Shown here: positions 34,860 to 53,209 of the stretch, one piece after another
Position numbering within the stretch: the first letter of the stretch is position 1
Layout: the number at the start of each line of letters is the position of its first letter
Origin: the human T2T-CHM13v2.0 reference genome, Homo sapiens
Assembly: GCF_009914755.1 (NCBI RefSeq)
Contig: NC_060947.1
Length of the DNA: 64,000 nt
Strand: one strand, 5' to 3'
Notes under the pieces: generated by a model
Database searches by the model: none
The model's input: the letters and a program-made list of their open reading frames with translations, nothing else
Told to the model about the DNA's origin: nothing
Position numbers and translations under genes: made by a program

Positions 34860-35470
34860 GTCCTGCGTGGGGGAGGGACCCGGAAGCTGTGCCAGACCTC
34901 AGGAGGCAGCTGCTGTTTGGCCACGTGCATTGCTCACTGAATATCTCTTAAAGTTAAGTAAACCAGTGTAGGGGGAAATGCCATTATGTGTAGTACAACC
35001 GTATATTTAGCTGTATTAGTGATTTTATCTGGGTGACAGGATTTTGAGTGATCTTTATTTTCTTTGTATTTCTCTGTGTTTACTGATTTTGTGTGTGTGT
35101 GGAAATATTAATATATTAATGTCTTCAGAAAAAAATCTGTACAAAGAGGTTTAGCTGTCCCCCCGCCCCGCCCCTCCCCAGCACCAGGGGTGTTACTGGT
35201 GAGGCTGAAATCCCAGGCAGAAGAGTCAGCGGCCGCCCAGGTCCCTCACGTTTTGTGCATCCTGTGGCGAGGGTGCTTGGGGACCCGCAGAACTCAGGCG
35301 GGGACTGCGTCGCGGGAAGCCCCACCCCGCCTCCACGGTTCTTCATTTCTAATGCGCAAGCGTGAGAACAGCCTTGCATGGGTGGTAGGTCGGGCATAAA
35401 CTCTTGGGCTCAGGCTCCAGGCAGGCTAAGCTCTGGTGCCAGCTGTGTGGGGGAGTGCCCGGAAGGGCCA
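34860..35470. promoter_or_regulatory. GC/CpG-enriched candidate distal enhancer or weak promoter
   Basis: Non-repeat GC-rich patch with retained CpGs, CCGGAAG ~34880, CACGTG 34922-34927, tandem GC boxes 35159-35179. Confidence 0.45.
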
Positions 35471-35907
35471 GGTGCCCGGCACCCAGAAACAGGAGTCCCC
35501 TTCATCCAGTGGGAAGTGGAGTCTCAGTCTAGTCCTCCCAGTCCCCACAGGGGGAGCCACAGGTTCCAGCTTGTTTGTTGCCAGGTGCCACTGAGAGAGC
35601 GCCTGGGATCATTCATCGAATAATCCTGCCCGTCTCTCCGCACTTTTAAACAGCCATATAGTACCATCCTTTGTTTAAACAGAGAACGTCTTTATCCCAC
35701 AAGGGTAGGTAGTCCAGGAAATACCGAGATATAGGAACAATAGGATTACGGAATCAAACCTTCTCAAACAGATTTTCCTTAGTAGTCTCTAGAGCATTCA
35801 AAATGCATATTCTATTTTATGTCTCTTTTCTTTCTAGTAGTCAGATTACTGAAGATTACTAAGCTATCCCTTTTATAAATGTGCTGCTTCGTCAGCTAAA
35901 CGCAGAC

Positions 35908-35937
35908 CAGTTTCCACCTCTAGCCACGGGAGGGCGC
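35908..35937 (+). promoter_or_regulatory. Candidate CTCF site
   Basis: Core CCACGGGAGGGCGC (35924-35937) matches CCASYAGRKGGCRS at 12/14; upstream-motif-like CAGTTTCC at 35908-35915. Confidence 0.45.
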
Positions 35938-36034
35938 ACAAATCAAGTGACGTTTGGTATAACATGTTTTAGGACCTCCTGGCTTGGGTTGAGGAAAAAA
36001 ACAGGGGCATTGTGGTCCTCTCATGAATGTAGAG

Positions 36035-36530
<496 letters not shown>

Positions 36531-36862
36531 TTAGACTGTATAGGAATATTGATTTTTCTGAATGGCTTTACAAAGTTGGCATTTAAACGACTTTGAATCT
36601 AACAACAATACCTTAAGGGTAAAGAAAACTAACATTGATGTTCCCACCATTGGCCAGCTTCTGTGCCAGGCAGACTTACATTCCCATCTCATTTAACCTT
36701 TGCTATGCCCCTCAGTGAAGGATATTAGTATGCTCATTTCATGAAGATGCAGCAGACCCAGAGAGATGAAGTAACTGGTTCAAAGTCATCAAGAAAGTCA
36801 CTGAGCTAGATAAATGCATCTAACATTCATTGAGAACCTACAATATGCCAATAAATATTTCA

Positions 36863-37268
<406 letters not shown>

Positions 37269-37858
37269 TCATTTTGTCCTATATAGCATTTTCTGATTTA
37301 TCAGAGGACAATCCGTACATTTTAGCACATTGTATTCTCAGAGGTAAAAGGTACTTCCACATTAGCCCCTTATTGCTCTCTGATGTATGAAATTCTCTAA
37401 TCACTGTGAGCTCTGATCAAGGCAGGGAGATAATTGCATTTCATTTCCAACTCTGTCACTAACTAGGCCTATCCCCTTAAGTAGATGGTTTGCTCTTCCG
37501 GATCTATAATTTCCTCATTCCTCAAACAATGTTTTTAGCCCAGGAGAGATCCAAAGGTTATTTCGTATTTCACTGATTATGAGACTCATTCTCTTTTTCC
37601 CCCACATTTTAACATCTCTGAATTAACGTTCATCTGAAATACGTCATAGTATAGTTGGCAACATATTTTTTCTTAGTTTTATATATAAAATAATGGTGTA
37701 TCTTATAATCATGGCACCTTGAGCTAGACGAAATATGATCTGTGTAATTTAATAACGTCATTGAAAATATGTATCTTCATATTTATTTTAATATATCTGA
37801 ATATATTAAAACAGAAACAAAGACAATGACCTTTTATTGTGATTCTAAATCCAATTTA

Positions 37859-38251
<393 letters not shown>

Positions 38252-38533
38252 TCACTGCAGTGTGCTCCCATGTAGAATGGAAGATCAGCAAGATTCATCT
38301 TAGACAAAGTTGGGGGATGGGTACAATTTTGTTTCTCTTGAGTTTCACATCCTTTTTCTTTATTTCTCTCCTTCAGGTACTTAAAGCTTTTAAGCAACTT
38401 CTCCTCTGTGATGCCTTCTACCCTTTCTTCCCTCCCTAACCCCCATCTCTATCAGCTACACTTGAGAGTCAATTCATTCCAGGGATATTTTCTCATGAAG
38501 ATTTATGACCAAGGGAATCACCTGGTATTATAC

Positions 38534-38741
38534 CAGTGATGTGTTGGTATATGTTTAATAACCGGCTCTCTGGTGGTGGGGGAAGGCCTGATTTGCAGCA
38601 CTTGCCAATTTCTGTGGTATAAATACTCCTGCAGTGGCTGATTTCAAGCTACCGATCTGACGTCAGTCACCTCATAAAATTCCTGAAAACTTCACAATGA
38701 GCTCTCATGAACCAGTATGACCCTTCTCCAACACATCACTG
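38534..38741. mobile_element. MER63-like hAT MITE
   Basis: Perfect 14-bp terminal inverted repeats cagtgatgtgttgg / ccaacacatcactg. Confidence 0.7.
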
Positions 38742-38995
38742 CTTGGTACAGACCTGATTATTCCATTCTTCTGCCAGAATCCTGTGATGATTTCTGATTG
38801 GCTCCAGAGTGGATTCCAGTTTCTCCAGCTTGATATTTAAGAGCAGAATATGATCTCATGGGTGCTGAAGCTTATGCAGTTTGGGGGCCCTCTTTAAGAA
38901 CAATAATACGAACTTCATAGTACAACATTAGATACAAAAGTGAATAAGTATTTGGAATGAGAAATCACGACACATTACAAATGTTAAAAAGCTGA

Positions 38996-39388
<393 letters not shown>

Positions 39389-39664
39389 TAAGCCTCGTTT
39401 TTTGTCCACTACCCACATCTGGTGCCAGGTGCCCTCAGACATGATCATATTGTGATATGTCCTCTGGCAGTGGGGTGTAGGAGTATTCCTGAGAGCTATT
39501 CCTTATTTGGATGGCTAATCAATGACTTAATCATTCATGGAAATGACCGTCAAACATGTATGTTTCTCTAAACCCTAGCCAAATATATCTCCAACTCAAC
39601 TTCCCCTAGCTAGATCCCCAAAATGCCTGTAGCCACTCTAATGTCACTGAGTATAGCGGGAAGT

Positions 39665-40230
39665 GTATCAGTCAGGGGTCGATCTGATAAGCAGAACTGC
39701 CATGAGAGATCTAGAATAAGGGATTTATTATAGGGATTCGATCCTATGCGACTGGGGGAAGAGTATGTGTAAGCTGTCACCTCCATGTTTATTGTTGAGC
39801 CTGAAGTTGCTATAGGTCAGCCAGACCAGCATTTGGAAGGAGAACTGCATGTGGATAACAATTGGAATGCTTACGGACAAACTGGAACACGTGTCCAACC
39901 TCTCACCACCTCTTGTCATGGTGTCGTGTGTGGCCTGCACGAGAAGCTGGTACTCTTTGCCACGGAACTACACATGCATTTGACCCAGGCTTTGGAGTCA
40001 CTGAAGGAGCTGTCCAGTGTCGTCTAAGTGAGGGATCAGATCAGTGACACTGCCTGCAAGCTGCCACAGTGCCTACCCCCACACCCCCAGACTAACCTTC
40101 AGAGCTTCAAAAATATGCCCGCTGGTGTACATCTACCCTCCACATCGCCTGCAGAATGTCTCTAGTGGCCAGTGCTAACCTGGAACCACATAGAGCTGAG
40201 AACTCTGGGAAAAAGCTCCAGCTTAGCACT
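39665..40230 (-). mobile_element. MaLR/ERVL-type LTR fragment
   Basis: tgtatcagtcagggg ... gggatttattataggga resembles the reverse-oriented end of these LTRs. Confidence 0.45.
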
Positions 40231-40291
40231 ATGCTCTGTGCATATATTGAGATGGAGGGGAAGTTGGAATGGAGACAGTGTTTCTAACTGA

Positions 40292-40627
<336 letters not shown>

Positions 40628-40781
40628 ACTTTTGCAAATTTAAACACATGGCCATGTGCACATTGCTAGGACCTTTCCTTAAGCTTCATTATCTTCATGG
40701 TAAATCCATCGTGTCAGACAACCAATAAAATCTGGTTCCAACCTACCTCTCAACCTTATCTGATCTCCCTTCCCTTCGTTT

Positions 40782-40829
40782 TCTCTCTCTATCTCTCTCT
40801 GTCTCAGTCTCTCTCTCTCTCTCTCTCTG

Positions 40830-40864
<35 letters not shown>

Positions 40865-40874
40865 CACACACACA
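40782..40874. repeat. Compound (CT)n(CA)n microsatellite
   Basis: Directly visible. Confidence 0.95.
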
Positions 40875-41480
40875 TTTACTGAGCTCTTATGCACCAGGCA
40901 TGTTCTAGGCTCTGGGAATCCAGAAGTGAACAAGACACAAAACTTCCTCGCCTCATGGAGTTTACATTCTAATGGGATGTCGAAGACGAAGCAAAGAACC
41001 CCATTTGTCTGTTGGCTGCTTATAAGTGCCCTGGAGAAAAGTAAAGCAAAGAAGGGAGGTAGGGAGGTAGCAGGGAGGATTTTGCGGGGGTTGGTCAGAG
41101 AAGGTCTTGCTGAGAAGGTTGAGCAGAAATCTGAAGGAGGAGAGGGAGGGAGCCACATGGCTATCTGGGGACACAATGTCCCAGGCCCAGGGATATAGCG
41201 CAAAGTCCCCGAGGCAGGGGAGGCAAGGCGAGGTGGATGGGCTTGTTCTGTTTTTGAAGGACTGGAGCAGAGCAGCTCTGCACTGCAAGGTCACTGAGCT
41301 ATGGCAATCAGTGGGCGAAGAGGTCAGCAAGGTGGGTGTGGGTGGCTCAGGCAGGGCCCTGTGAGCCATTAGCCTTTCCTTCCAAGTGCAACTTTCAGTT
41401 TTAAAGGATCACTTGGCTTTCTATGCTGAGACAGACTGTAGGGGGACAAGGATGGACTTAGGGGCCCCAGTTAGGAGGCC
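40875..41480 (-). mobile_element. L2 fragment
   Basis: atttactgagctcttatgcaccaggcatgttctagg, cctcatggagtttacattctaatggg, ccagttaggaggc. Confidence 0.7.
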
Positions 41481-42045
41481 TTCACAGTCATCCCAACCAC
41501 TACGCTCTGCTCCGAGTTTGCCCAGCAGACCCTGCTCTGTCCTGTTGCTTTGCTTTTGTTATTTGATCCCCACCTGCCTAGATTAATCTTCCTGCTTTCT
41601 CTTTTCTTCTCAATTATGCCAAATTTGATGTCTTGATTTGATTTAAATTTCCTGTTAAAATTTTGATAGCATAATTTTATTTTTGCAAGACTTCCTCCTG
41701 AACCTGATAAGAGACAGTAGGTGAACTGATTACGTGACAAGGTGTCTTTAAAAAGGGAGACTAGGATCTCCCCAACAGGGCCTGGAGTACCGCTTACATC
41801 CCTAAGCCTCACTCACCTCAGCCTAGTCTGGACCCTGCAGGTAGATCCCCACAGATGACATCACAAAGGGAAATTAGTAACATTATCATGATAACCTGAC
41901 AGACACTAGACAGCATCTTACCCAAGTGATCAAAGCAAACATCACCAGCAATCGGGCAAGTTGACGTCATGAACCTTCTGATGTGGTTCCCCGAGAAGAA
42001 CACATCATCTCTTATGTGGTATCCCCATCCAAAAATGTATAACTC

Positions 42046-43095
<1,050 letters not shown>

Positions 43096-43683
43096 AAGTG
43101 ACTACAATTTTAAAATTCTAGATGAAGGGACTGGAGATTAGAATCTTTCTTTATAACAGGCATCTCCTTTGGTTCTGAAATAACCATGAGTGTTATCAAA
43201 TAATCATCTCTCTGCAACAACAGAGCGGTTCAATCATTAATTTTTTGATAGCTTTGAACCTTGCAGTTTTCATTTGCATCTTAGGTCCACTAGCTCTGTT
43301 GAAGTGGGCAATTAATAAGGTTCAAACAGTTATAAGTTTAAATGTCTGACCAACCTGCTTATCTTTAATTGTTTGAGAAGACCAGAATGCTCAAGGAAAA
43401 ATTGCTTTATGTAAAAATAGCATGTTATTAATAAGTGAAGTAACTCCGTATACAGGCATACAGTTTTTTCTTTTTAAAAATATGTTATGTATTTATTTAT
43501 TTATTTGAGCTATCTACTACCAAAAGGAATATTTACTTTTAAAACTAGAGATGGCAGTCTCACTATGTTGTCCAGGTTGGTCTCGAACTCCTGGGCTCAA
43601 GTGATCTTCGTGCCTTGGCCTCCAAAAGTGCTGGGATTACAGTGGTGAGCCACCATGCCCAGCTGAGGCACACATTGCATGCT

Positions 43684-43714
<31 letters not shown>

Positions 43715-43771
43715 TTTTAACACCACTAGAATTTAGAATAGGACTTGGAATACAATGATAGTCTGTCAATT

Positions 43772-44225
<454 letters not shown>

Positions 44226-44387
44226 GTAGTACATGACTTTTGCACATGCTCTTTCCTTGTCTCTTTGCCTGAATAGCTATTTATGTGTCCTTCAAATATC
44301 TGTCCAAGTGTCACTTCTTCAGGGAAGCCTTCTCTGACCTTTGACCTTCCTGACCATGTCACATACCCTATTAAAAGCTCTCATGGA

Positions 44388-44861
44388 TTAGCTGGGTGTG
44401 GTGGCATGTGCCTGTAGTCCTAGCTGCTTGGGAGGCCGAGGTGGGAGGATCACTTGAGCCCGGGAGTTGGAGGCTGCAGTAGAGCCATGATCACATTACT
44501 GCACTCTAGCCTGGGTGATAGAGCAAGACGCTGTCTAAAAAAATATATATATAAAATTGCTGGGCCTGGTGGCTCATGCCTGTAATCCCAGCACTTGGGA
44601 GGCCAAGGCGGGCGGATCACCTGAGGTCAGGAGTTCAAGACCAGCCTGGCTAACATGGCGAAACCCCGTCTCTACTAAAAATACAAAAATTAGCCAGGCG
44701 TGGTGGCTGGTGTCTGTAATCCCAGCTCCTCGGGAGGCTGAGGCAGGAGAATCACTTGAACCGGGAGGCAGAGGTTGCAGTGAGCCGAGATTGTGCCACT
44801 GCACTCGAGCCTGGGTGACAAAGGGAGACTCTACCTCAAAAAAAAAATATATGTATATATA

Positions 44862-44897
<36 letters not shown>

Positions 44898-44900
44898 AAA
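44388..44900 (+). mobile_element. Alu right arm plus full Alu with (TAAA)n tail
   Basis: Two Alu units; flanking repeat aaaagctctca. Confidence 0.88.
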
Positions 44901-45196
44901 GCTCTCACAGAGCATGTGTTTGTGTGACTATTCAAGAAATATCTGGCTTCGCTGAAGCTCCGTGAAGGACAGGACTTTGATTTTGGTCATAATTGTCTCC
45001 CCTGTTCCTGATTGTGTCTTGCATAATAATATGTTAAATTTCATTAATTTAACATATTAAATTAGACCTGCTTCACCAGGATGATCCATGTCATGAGCCT
45101 TAACTGTTTTGCTGCTGAGTTTACTAAAATTACATTTAGGATTTAGCGTCTATATTCATAAGTGACACTGGCTGGGAATTTTCAGTTTTTAGGCCT

Positions 45197-45622
45197 GTAT
45201 CTGCCATGGGTCAGTCAGGAGACAGAAACCACATCAGTCACTTAAGCAGAAATTAATGTAAAGGATCTTGACCTAGGAAAGACTCAAAAGAGAACTCTAA
45301 GGTGAGCAAAGGAAGGCTGAGTGAACAAAGGAAGAGGTTGGAATTACTAAAACTTAGAAACGTCGAGGAAGGGACTGGGACCCAGACCTCAGGGGAGAGG
45401 GCGCCATCCCCTGCTGCAAGGAACTGCTGCAGTCAAGATGTAGAAAGCAGATGGGGAGGAGCAAGACTATTTTCCCTTTTCCCGATTTACAGTCTCTATC
45501 TAGCTCCCCCTACTGGCAGAGCCTAGCAGAGAGCAGCTGACAAAGCGGAAATGTTTGCAGAGTCCCAGCCCTGGCAAGGACCAGTTTGGAACTGGGAGAC
45601 AATAACGTACTATCGGGCCCAA
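45197..45622 (-). mobile_element. ERVL LTR (LTR41-like)
   Basis: cagtcaggagacagaaaccac start and gagacaata end, with an internal CTCF-like motif; family assignment from memory. Confidence 0.5.
45503..45516 (-). promoter_or_regulatory. Candidate CTCF site within an LTR
   Basis: CCAGTAGGGGGAGC matches the core consensus at 13/14. Confidence 0.5.
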
Positions 45623-46011
45623 GGTCTTCGAAAAATAATCTTTTCCTACATGTACCATAGATTGTTACAATTTATATAATCCCAATTTATCCCCTTATTA
45701 GATGTGTATTTTTTGGATGAGTTTTTAAATTTTCCACTCTGTTTACTCATCTACAATAAGAGAGCAATAATCCTGTACCTATCTCACAGTGTTATTATTT
45801 GCAAGTTTCAAATACATTCTCTGAGAAACACAGCAGTTTTGGGTGCTTTTACTCTTGGAAGGTCTTTTACAGATTGTTCTCCACTGTTATTAGTGCTTAA
45901 TTTGTTGTTGTCACATTTATTTTTATAAAGAACCATCGTGTGTTTACCTTATCCAGAGTCAAGAAGACTAAGCCCACCTCAAACTTAACATGTCTAGAGT
46001 TGAACTCTTAA

Positions 46012-46459
<448 letters not shown>

Positions 46460-46584
46460 AAAAAGTTTATTTTTTAATGATTATGCATGTTGTGAGTCAT
46501 CAGCCATCCAATTATAAGTGCCTGTTTCATCGAAGTCCTTCAGAATGATTTCTTAAAATTTAAATCACAAATGGCAGTATAACT

Positions 46585-46903
46585 TTTCTTTCTTTTTCTT
46601 CTTTTTTTTTTTTTTTTTTTTGAGACAGAATCTTGCACTGTCGCCCGGGCTGGAGTGCAGTGACGTGATCTCAGCTCCCTGCAACCTCCACCTCCCAGGT
46701 TCAAGCGATTCTCCTTGCTTCAGCCTGCCAAGTAGCTGGGATTACAGGCGCCCGCCACCATGCCCGCTAATTTTTTTGTATTTTTAGTAGAGACTGGGTT
46801 TCACTATGCTGGCCACACTGGTCTCGAACTCCTGACCTTGTGATCTGCCCGCCTCAGCTTCCCAAAGTGCTGGGATTACAGGCATGAGCCACTGCGCCCA
46901 GCC
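46585..46903 (-). mobile_element. Alu
   Basis: Reverse Alu. Confidence 0.92.
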
Positions 46904-47059
46904 AACATTTCTTTCTAGAATAGTCTTTACATTTCTTTCTTTTTTTTTTTTTTTTTTTTTTTTTTGCCATTTTGATCTAGGGGTATTTAGTGATTTTTTA
47001 ATTGCTAAAGACACAAAAGAATCTATTAGTATTTGGTGAATGTGGGTTTTCCTTTTCAG

Positions 47060-47810
47060 CAATTTCTTTTGATTCTACCTCTAAAATGTATCTTGAGAGC
47101 CCTCCAATTCTTTCCATCTTCATGGCCACCAGCCCAGTCCCAGCCACCATTAACTTTCACCTGATCAGAGCCACAGGCTCCCACCTGGTCTTCCCAACAC
47201 CACTCATGAACATTCCAATCCATTTCTCATAAAACATCAAGGGATAGTTGATTAATTTTCTTCCCTTCATTAACTCTTCTTATGCCTTTCCATTGTACCT
47301 TGAATGAAGTCCAAACTCCTTATCATAGTCTCTAAGGCCTTACGTGATTGGACTCCTGCTTACATCTCAGGGACGTTTCATATCAAACTTCCCTTTGCTC
47401 ACTGTGCACCAAGAACATTCTGATCTTTCAGATCACTGAGCTTGCCCATTTTTATTCCACCTTAGGGTCTTTGAACTTACTGTTCTCTTTCAGCCTCTCC
47501 ACAACCCCAACCCCACTCCTCCTTCTCTTCCTTTGAGTCTCAGCTTAAATGTCATTTTCCCAGGGAGACCTTTGTCAACCACCTGATATAAGTCAGTTGA
47601 CTGCCCTCCCTATTACTTTCTAGGCTAATTTCATACTGCACTTTCTTCCTAGTGCTTATCACACTGCGTGAATTTTCTTTGTTTATTTACTTTTGTCAGT
47701 ATTCCTTGCTAGAAAGTAAGTGCCAAAATTCTAGAATCATTTGTGTCTTGTTCACTGTCTTGTACCTATTATCTGACATGGTGTCTGTCCCATAGCAGGT
47801 ACTCAAGACA
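47060..47810 (+). mobile_element. L2 fragment
   Basis: aagtccaaactcctta, tctcagcttaaatgtca, ttgttcactgtc ... catagcaggtactcaa. Confidence 0.65.
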
Positions 47811-48100
47811 CCCCTCCATCTGGCAGGCTGGAAATTGAGCAGGGAGAATGCAGGAGACTGTTTCGGGTGGCCGAGATGATGGTCTGGCTGCTCTTTCTAC
47901 CCTGGCATGGGCAAAGCCCAAGTCCTACAGGTGGGGAATGCGTCAGCTTGGGCTCATGTACTTATGGTTCTTTTTTTCCACTGGGGGTGGGGAGGACCTA
48001 CAAGATGTCAGAGGAAGTTGACCAGAGTCACCAGAGTGACCAGAGTCACCTATGCAAGTTCCCTTCACTGCCAAATGAATAAAAGGAAAAAGAAGATTGC

Positions 48101-48420
<320 letters not shown>

Positions 48421-48731
48421 GAAGATTGCTAACATCTTTAGGAGACATGTAGAAGGTAAGCTGTAGAGGATTATGGATGGACTTGGAAACTAGTTTGCAG
48501 ACTACTGTGGTAATCCAGCAGAGACAGAGAGGATGTGCTTTGGATGGGGTAGTAGCAGTAGAGATATAAGAAGTGATTGTATTTGAGATGTACCAGAAAG
48601 ATCTTGTAACGATGTTATGTCATTCTTGCTACTTAATTTGATTTTTGTTCTATGAACTGAGGACCCCCATCCACTCTGCCCTGATCGTCTATTTACATTC
48701 TCTGAGGTTTATATATCTACAGGACTCTTGA

Positions 48732-49064
<333 letters not shown>

Positions 49065-49689
49065 TAGGGTACTCATGTATAAATTGCAGCAATATTGTGG
49101 TGTGGATTTCCTGGCAATACCAATGGGTAGCTTGGGAGTTTAGGTCTCCCCCGAATAATCTTCACTGGGTAGGCTTATTCTTAGTTATAGACAACTGACA
49201 TCTTCTCAATATTTTGAAATTGCTGTGCAAATACAGATTCAAACAGATAGCTATTTCTAGGCACTATATGGAAATTTGGAAGCAGCTATTGTGTGGATAT
49301 GAAGAAAGTTATTTTAACACAACTTAAATCAACTAGCCTAGTGCTCTGATAGGCACTGGAAAATGTGACTTTCTAACACTTACACCTTATTAATTATTGA
49401 AGAAATAATTAAAATGAAAACCAGAATTAATTTCTCACCCAAATTAAAAAAGATAGAAAACAAAACAAAATGAACAACTACAGAAACCCATGGGGCCTTT
49501 GAGGCTTTGGTGAAATGACCACTCAGACAATGTTGATGGGTGTGTAAACTGGTATGAAATCCTTCATGTGAGTTGGTGATGTGTATTGGTCCTCAATGAT
49601 ATTCACACCTTTTGATCCAATTGCTCTGCTTCATGAGAATGTTATATGGAATAATCCTAAAGTTGAAGAAACCTTTGTGCTTACGAGGG

Positions 49690-51395
49690 ATTTTTTGTTC
49701 CATTTCTCTGGACCGTGAACCATGTATTTCCAAAGTATAAATAAATTTGCTGTCTGAGAAAAGATGCTGCCCAGGTGATGAGGGCCCCAGCCTCTCCAGA
49801 TCCCCTTCCCAGTTGCTCTGCAGTCCAAACCCAGTCCCCTTAGAAAGCTGCTAAGCCTCAGAAATGAGACTTGGCTGTCAGAGTCGGAGAAATAGTTGAG
49901 GAGAACCAGCCCACTCCCATCTCCTGCTGTGATTCTAGCACAGCTTGGGCCCAGCTCTGGCCAGGTGCTCACCCTCTCTGTTTGACCATGCTCCAAAGGG
50001 AGGGGCAGGAGCCACAAGTCCCTGACCTGGCCACACCACATGGTCATGCCCGGGTGACTCCTGGCCCACTGCTCCCAGCTGCCATGAAGAGCCAGCCACC
50101 CAGGTCCCCTGAGCTACTGCCAAGTGTTAGTGGGGAGTGGCCTGCTTTCAAGCTGCTCCCCTTGGCTGGTCACTGCTGCCTCTGGGCCATAAAGTACTCC
50201 TCCTCCCCATTGTCATCTTCCTCCTGCTGGCCGCTTCAGGGCAGTGGCTCCAGGTGGGAACTGGAGCCCAGCCCTTTCAAGGGTTCAGAGCTGTCATCAC
50301 CTCTGGAGTGCAGGGCTTTGAGGATATTCCTGAGAGGCAGAGAAGGAAGCCCAGCCAGTTCAGGTGGCTGATCTGATCACCCAGCAGATGAGCTGCCAAC
50401 AGCAAAGTGCAGACTTCCTTCCAAACGCCAGCAATGGAGAGAGTGAGGCTGGAGGGTCTGGAGACCAGGATGAACTCAGAGAAGTCCAAACCAAAGGTGA
50501 GATGCCCACCAAGGAAGAGGCTCCCAAGTACCCCAGGAGCAGCCCTGTATCCTGGAAATGAAATATTTCCCCACACATGGACAAATGGCGACTTTCACAT
50601 ACAGCAAAGAGAGGGAAAAGCCCCAGAAACGTGAGTGGCTGCAGGTGGAACATGCTGTCGATGGAATCCTGGAAGCCAAGATCAGCCTTCTGCAGGAATG
50701 TCCGGGTGAGGGTTCAGCGAATGCCACCAATGAGCAAGGTCCCCAGCACCAAGGCAAAGCCCTCCACATTGGGCTGTGTGGACTTGAAGGTGAACATGAA
50801 GAGACCCCCGGCGATGAGGAGGATCACAAGGACCAGTGTCATTGCAGCTCCTCCAGCTTGGAGATCAGAGAGAAGATTGATGATGAAGAGGACAGCTAAA
50901 GATTTGGTTATTGTGAAGCTCCAGTTGGACAACCCTATGTCAAGTGCTGTTGCCAGTGCTGTGGGAGCCACTCTTCTGAGGTAGTAGGTCCAGCTCAGCA
51001 CCTCGAGGGTCTTGTGGCTGGATCATTCAACCAGCGCCCTTCATTGTGGAAGGCGATGCCTGCCAGTGCAGAAGCATAGTCAACATTGCCTTCCACCCAA
51101 AGGTCACAAGAGGGCCCACCTCCCTATCCATGGAAGCTGCTACGCCCTGGCTCCTGGATCAGCGGGGGCAGGCACCTCTCTTAAAGACAGTTTGCAGGAA
51201 GAGCTGATTGAGGTAGACTATGGCTTTCAACAAGAACGTCACCTGGCTAGAGAAGTCCTCTTCACCTTCATGATTCAGAACCATCAGCGGAGCCCCAGGC
51301 AGAGTTCTCACCAAAGGGGCCGGTAGCCTGAGCCAACCCCTTCAGCAGTTAACTGGGTGCAGGGCTCACAGGTCCCCAGGTCTGCTCTGACTAGG
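49690..51395 (-). pseudogene. SLC35C2P1: Processed pseudogene of SLC35C2 (nucleotide-sugar transporter family)
   Basis: Intronless frameshifted fragments: [104 protein letters not shown]. Start decayed to ATA at 51127 (ATA GGG AGG TGG GCC), stop at 50172-50170, decayed polyA signal AATACA and A-rich remnant near 49690-49730. Confidence 0.92.
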
Positions 51396-51548
51396 GTGCC
51401 TACTCTTAAAGCTTTTAAAGGTTTATTACATCATATACCTAATTTTTCAACAACAGCGAAGGAATTATAGTTCATTTGCCAGATCAGATGGACTATTACC
51501 CAGCCATTAAACATGGTATATTTAAAGTGTAACATATACGAAAATATA

Positions 51549-51851
51549 CTTTTTTTTTTTTTTTTTGTAGAGACAGAGTCTTGATCTGTCGTCTAGGCTA
51601 GAGTACAGTGGCACGATCTTGGCTCACTGCAACTTCCTTCTCCTGGATTCAAGTGATTCTCCTGCCTCAGCCTCCCGAGTAGCTGAGATTACAGCCACCT
51701 GCCACAACACCTGGCTAGTTTTTGTATTTTTAGTACAGACGGCGTTTCGCAATGTTAGACAGGCTGGTCTTGAACTCCTGACCTCAAGTGATCTGCCTGC
51801 CTCAGCCTCTCAAAAGGCTGGGATTATAGGTGTGAGCCACTGTGCCTGGCC
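51549..51851 (-). mobile_element. Alu
   Basis: TSD cgaaRatatactt. Confidence 0.92.
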
Positions 51852-51915
51852 GAAGATATACTTGTTTAATACAAATTAAAAAGCGGGCTGCAAAACTGTC
51901 CATATATATTGATTA

Positions 51916-52284
<369 letters not shown>

Positions 52285-52553
52285 TTATAGTAGTTATATT
52301 TAGGTAGTATAATTATGAGTGACATGCCTCCTTCTCTCTAGCATTCTGAGTTTCCCTAATGATTATGCATTAATACAAATGATTGATGTAGTATGCATTA
52401 CTCACATAACTGGAGTGGGTGCTGGCTGTTGGCTAGAGTGATGAAGGTGACTGGATTACATGTCTCTGGAAGGGCATCCTGGCCTTGTCCACAAGGTGAT
52501 GACTGCATGGGTCCCAGGAAAAACCCCAAAGTGCAAGGACTTTCTTTTTTTTA

Positions 52554-52872
<319 letters not shown>

Positions 52873-52917
52873 TTATAGTTTTAGTGCTTAAGTCTTTCTT
52901 TATATATGTGTAATATA

Positions 52918-53209
52918 TTTTTTTTTGAGACAGAGTTTTGCTGTTGTTGCCCAGGCTGGAGTGCAATGGTGCGATCTCGTCTCACTGCAACCTCCGCCTT
53001 CCAGGTTCAAGCAATTCTCCTGCCTCAAGCCTCCCGAGTAGCTGGGATTACAGGTATGCGCCACCATGCCTGGCTAATTTTGTATTTTTAGTAGAGACAG
53101 GGTTTCTCTATGTTGGTCAGGCTGGTCTCAAACTCCCGACCTCAGGTGATCCGCCTGCCTCGGCCTCCCAAAGTGTTGGGATTAAAGGCATGAGCCACTG
53201 TGCCCGGCC
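52918..53209 (-). mobile_element. Alu
   Basis: TSD tatatgtRtaat. Confidence 0.92.

Noticed and set aside
50277-51001. SLC35C2-like ORFs as a functional retrogene
   Set aside because: Start codon lost, several frameshifts and deletions.
49871-51326. Plus-strand ORFs of 100-166 aa
   Set aside because: Antisense shadows of the GC-rich SLC35C2 pseudogene.
49677-51403. TSD for the SLC35C2 retrocopy (gtgcttac / gtgcctac)
   Set aside because: Only a 7/8 match and not directly next to the polyA remnant; too weak to call.
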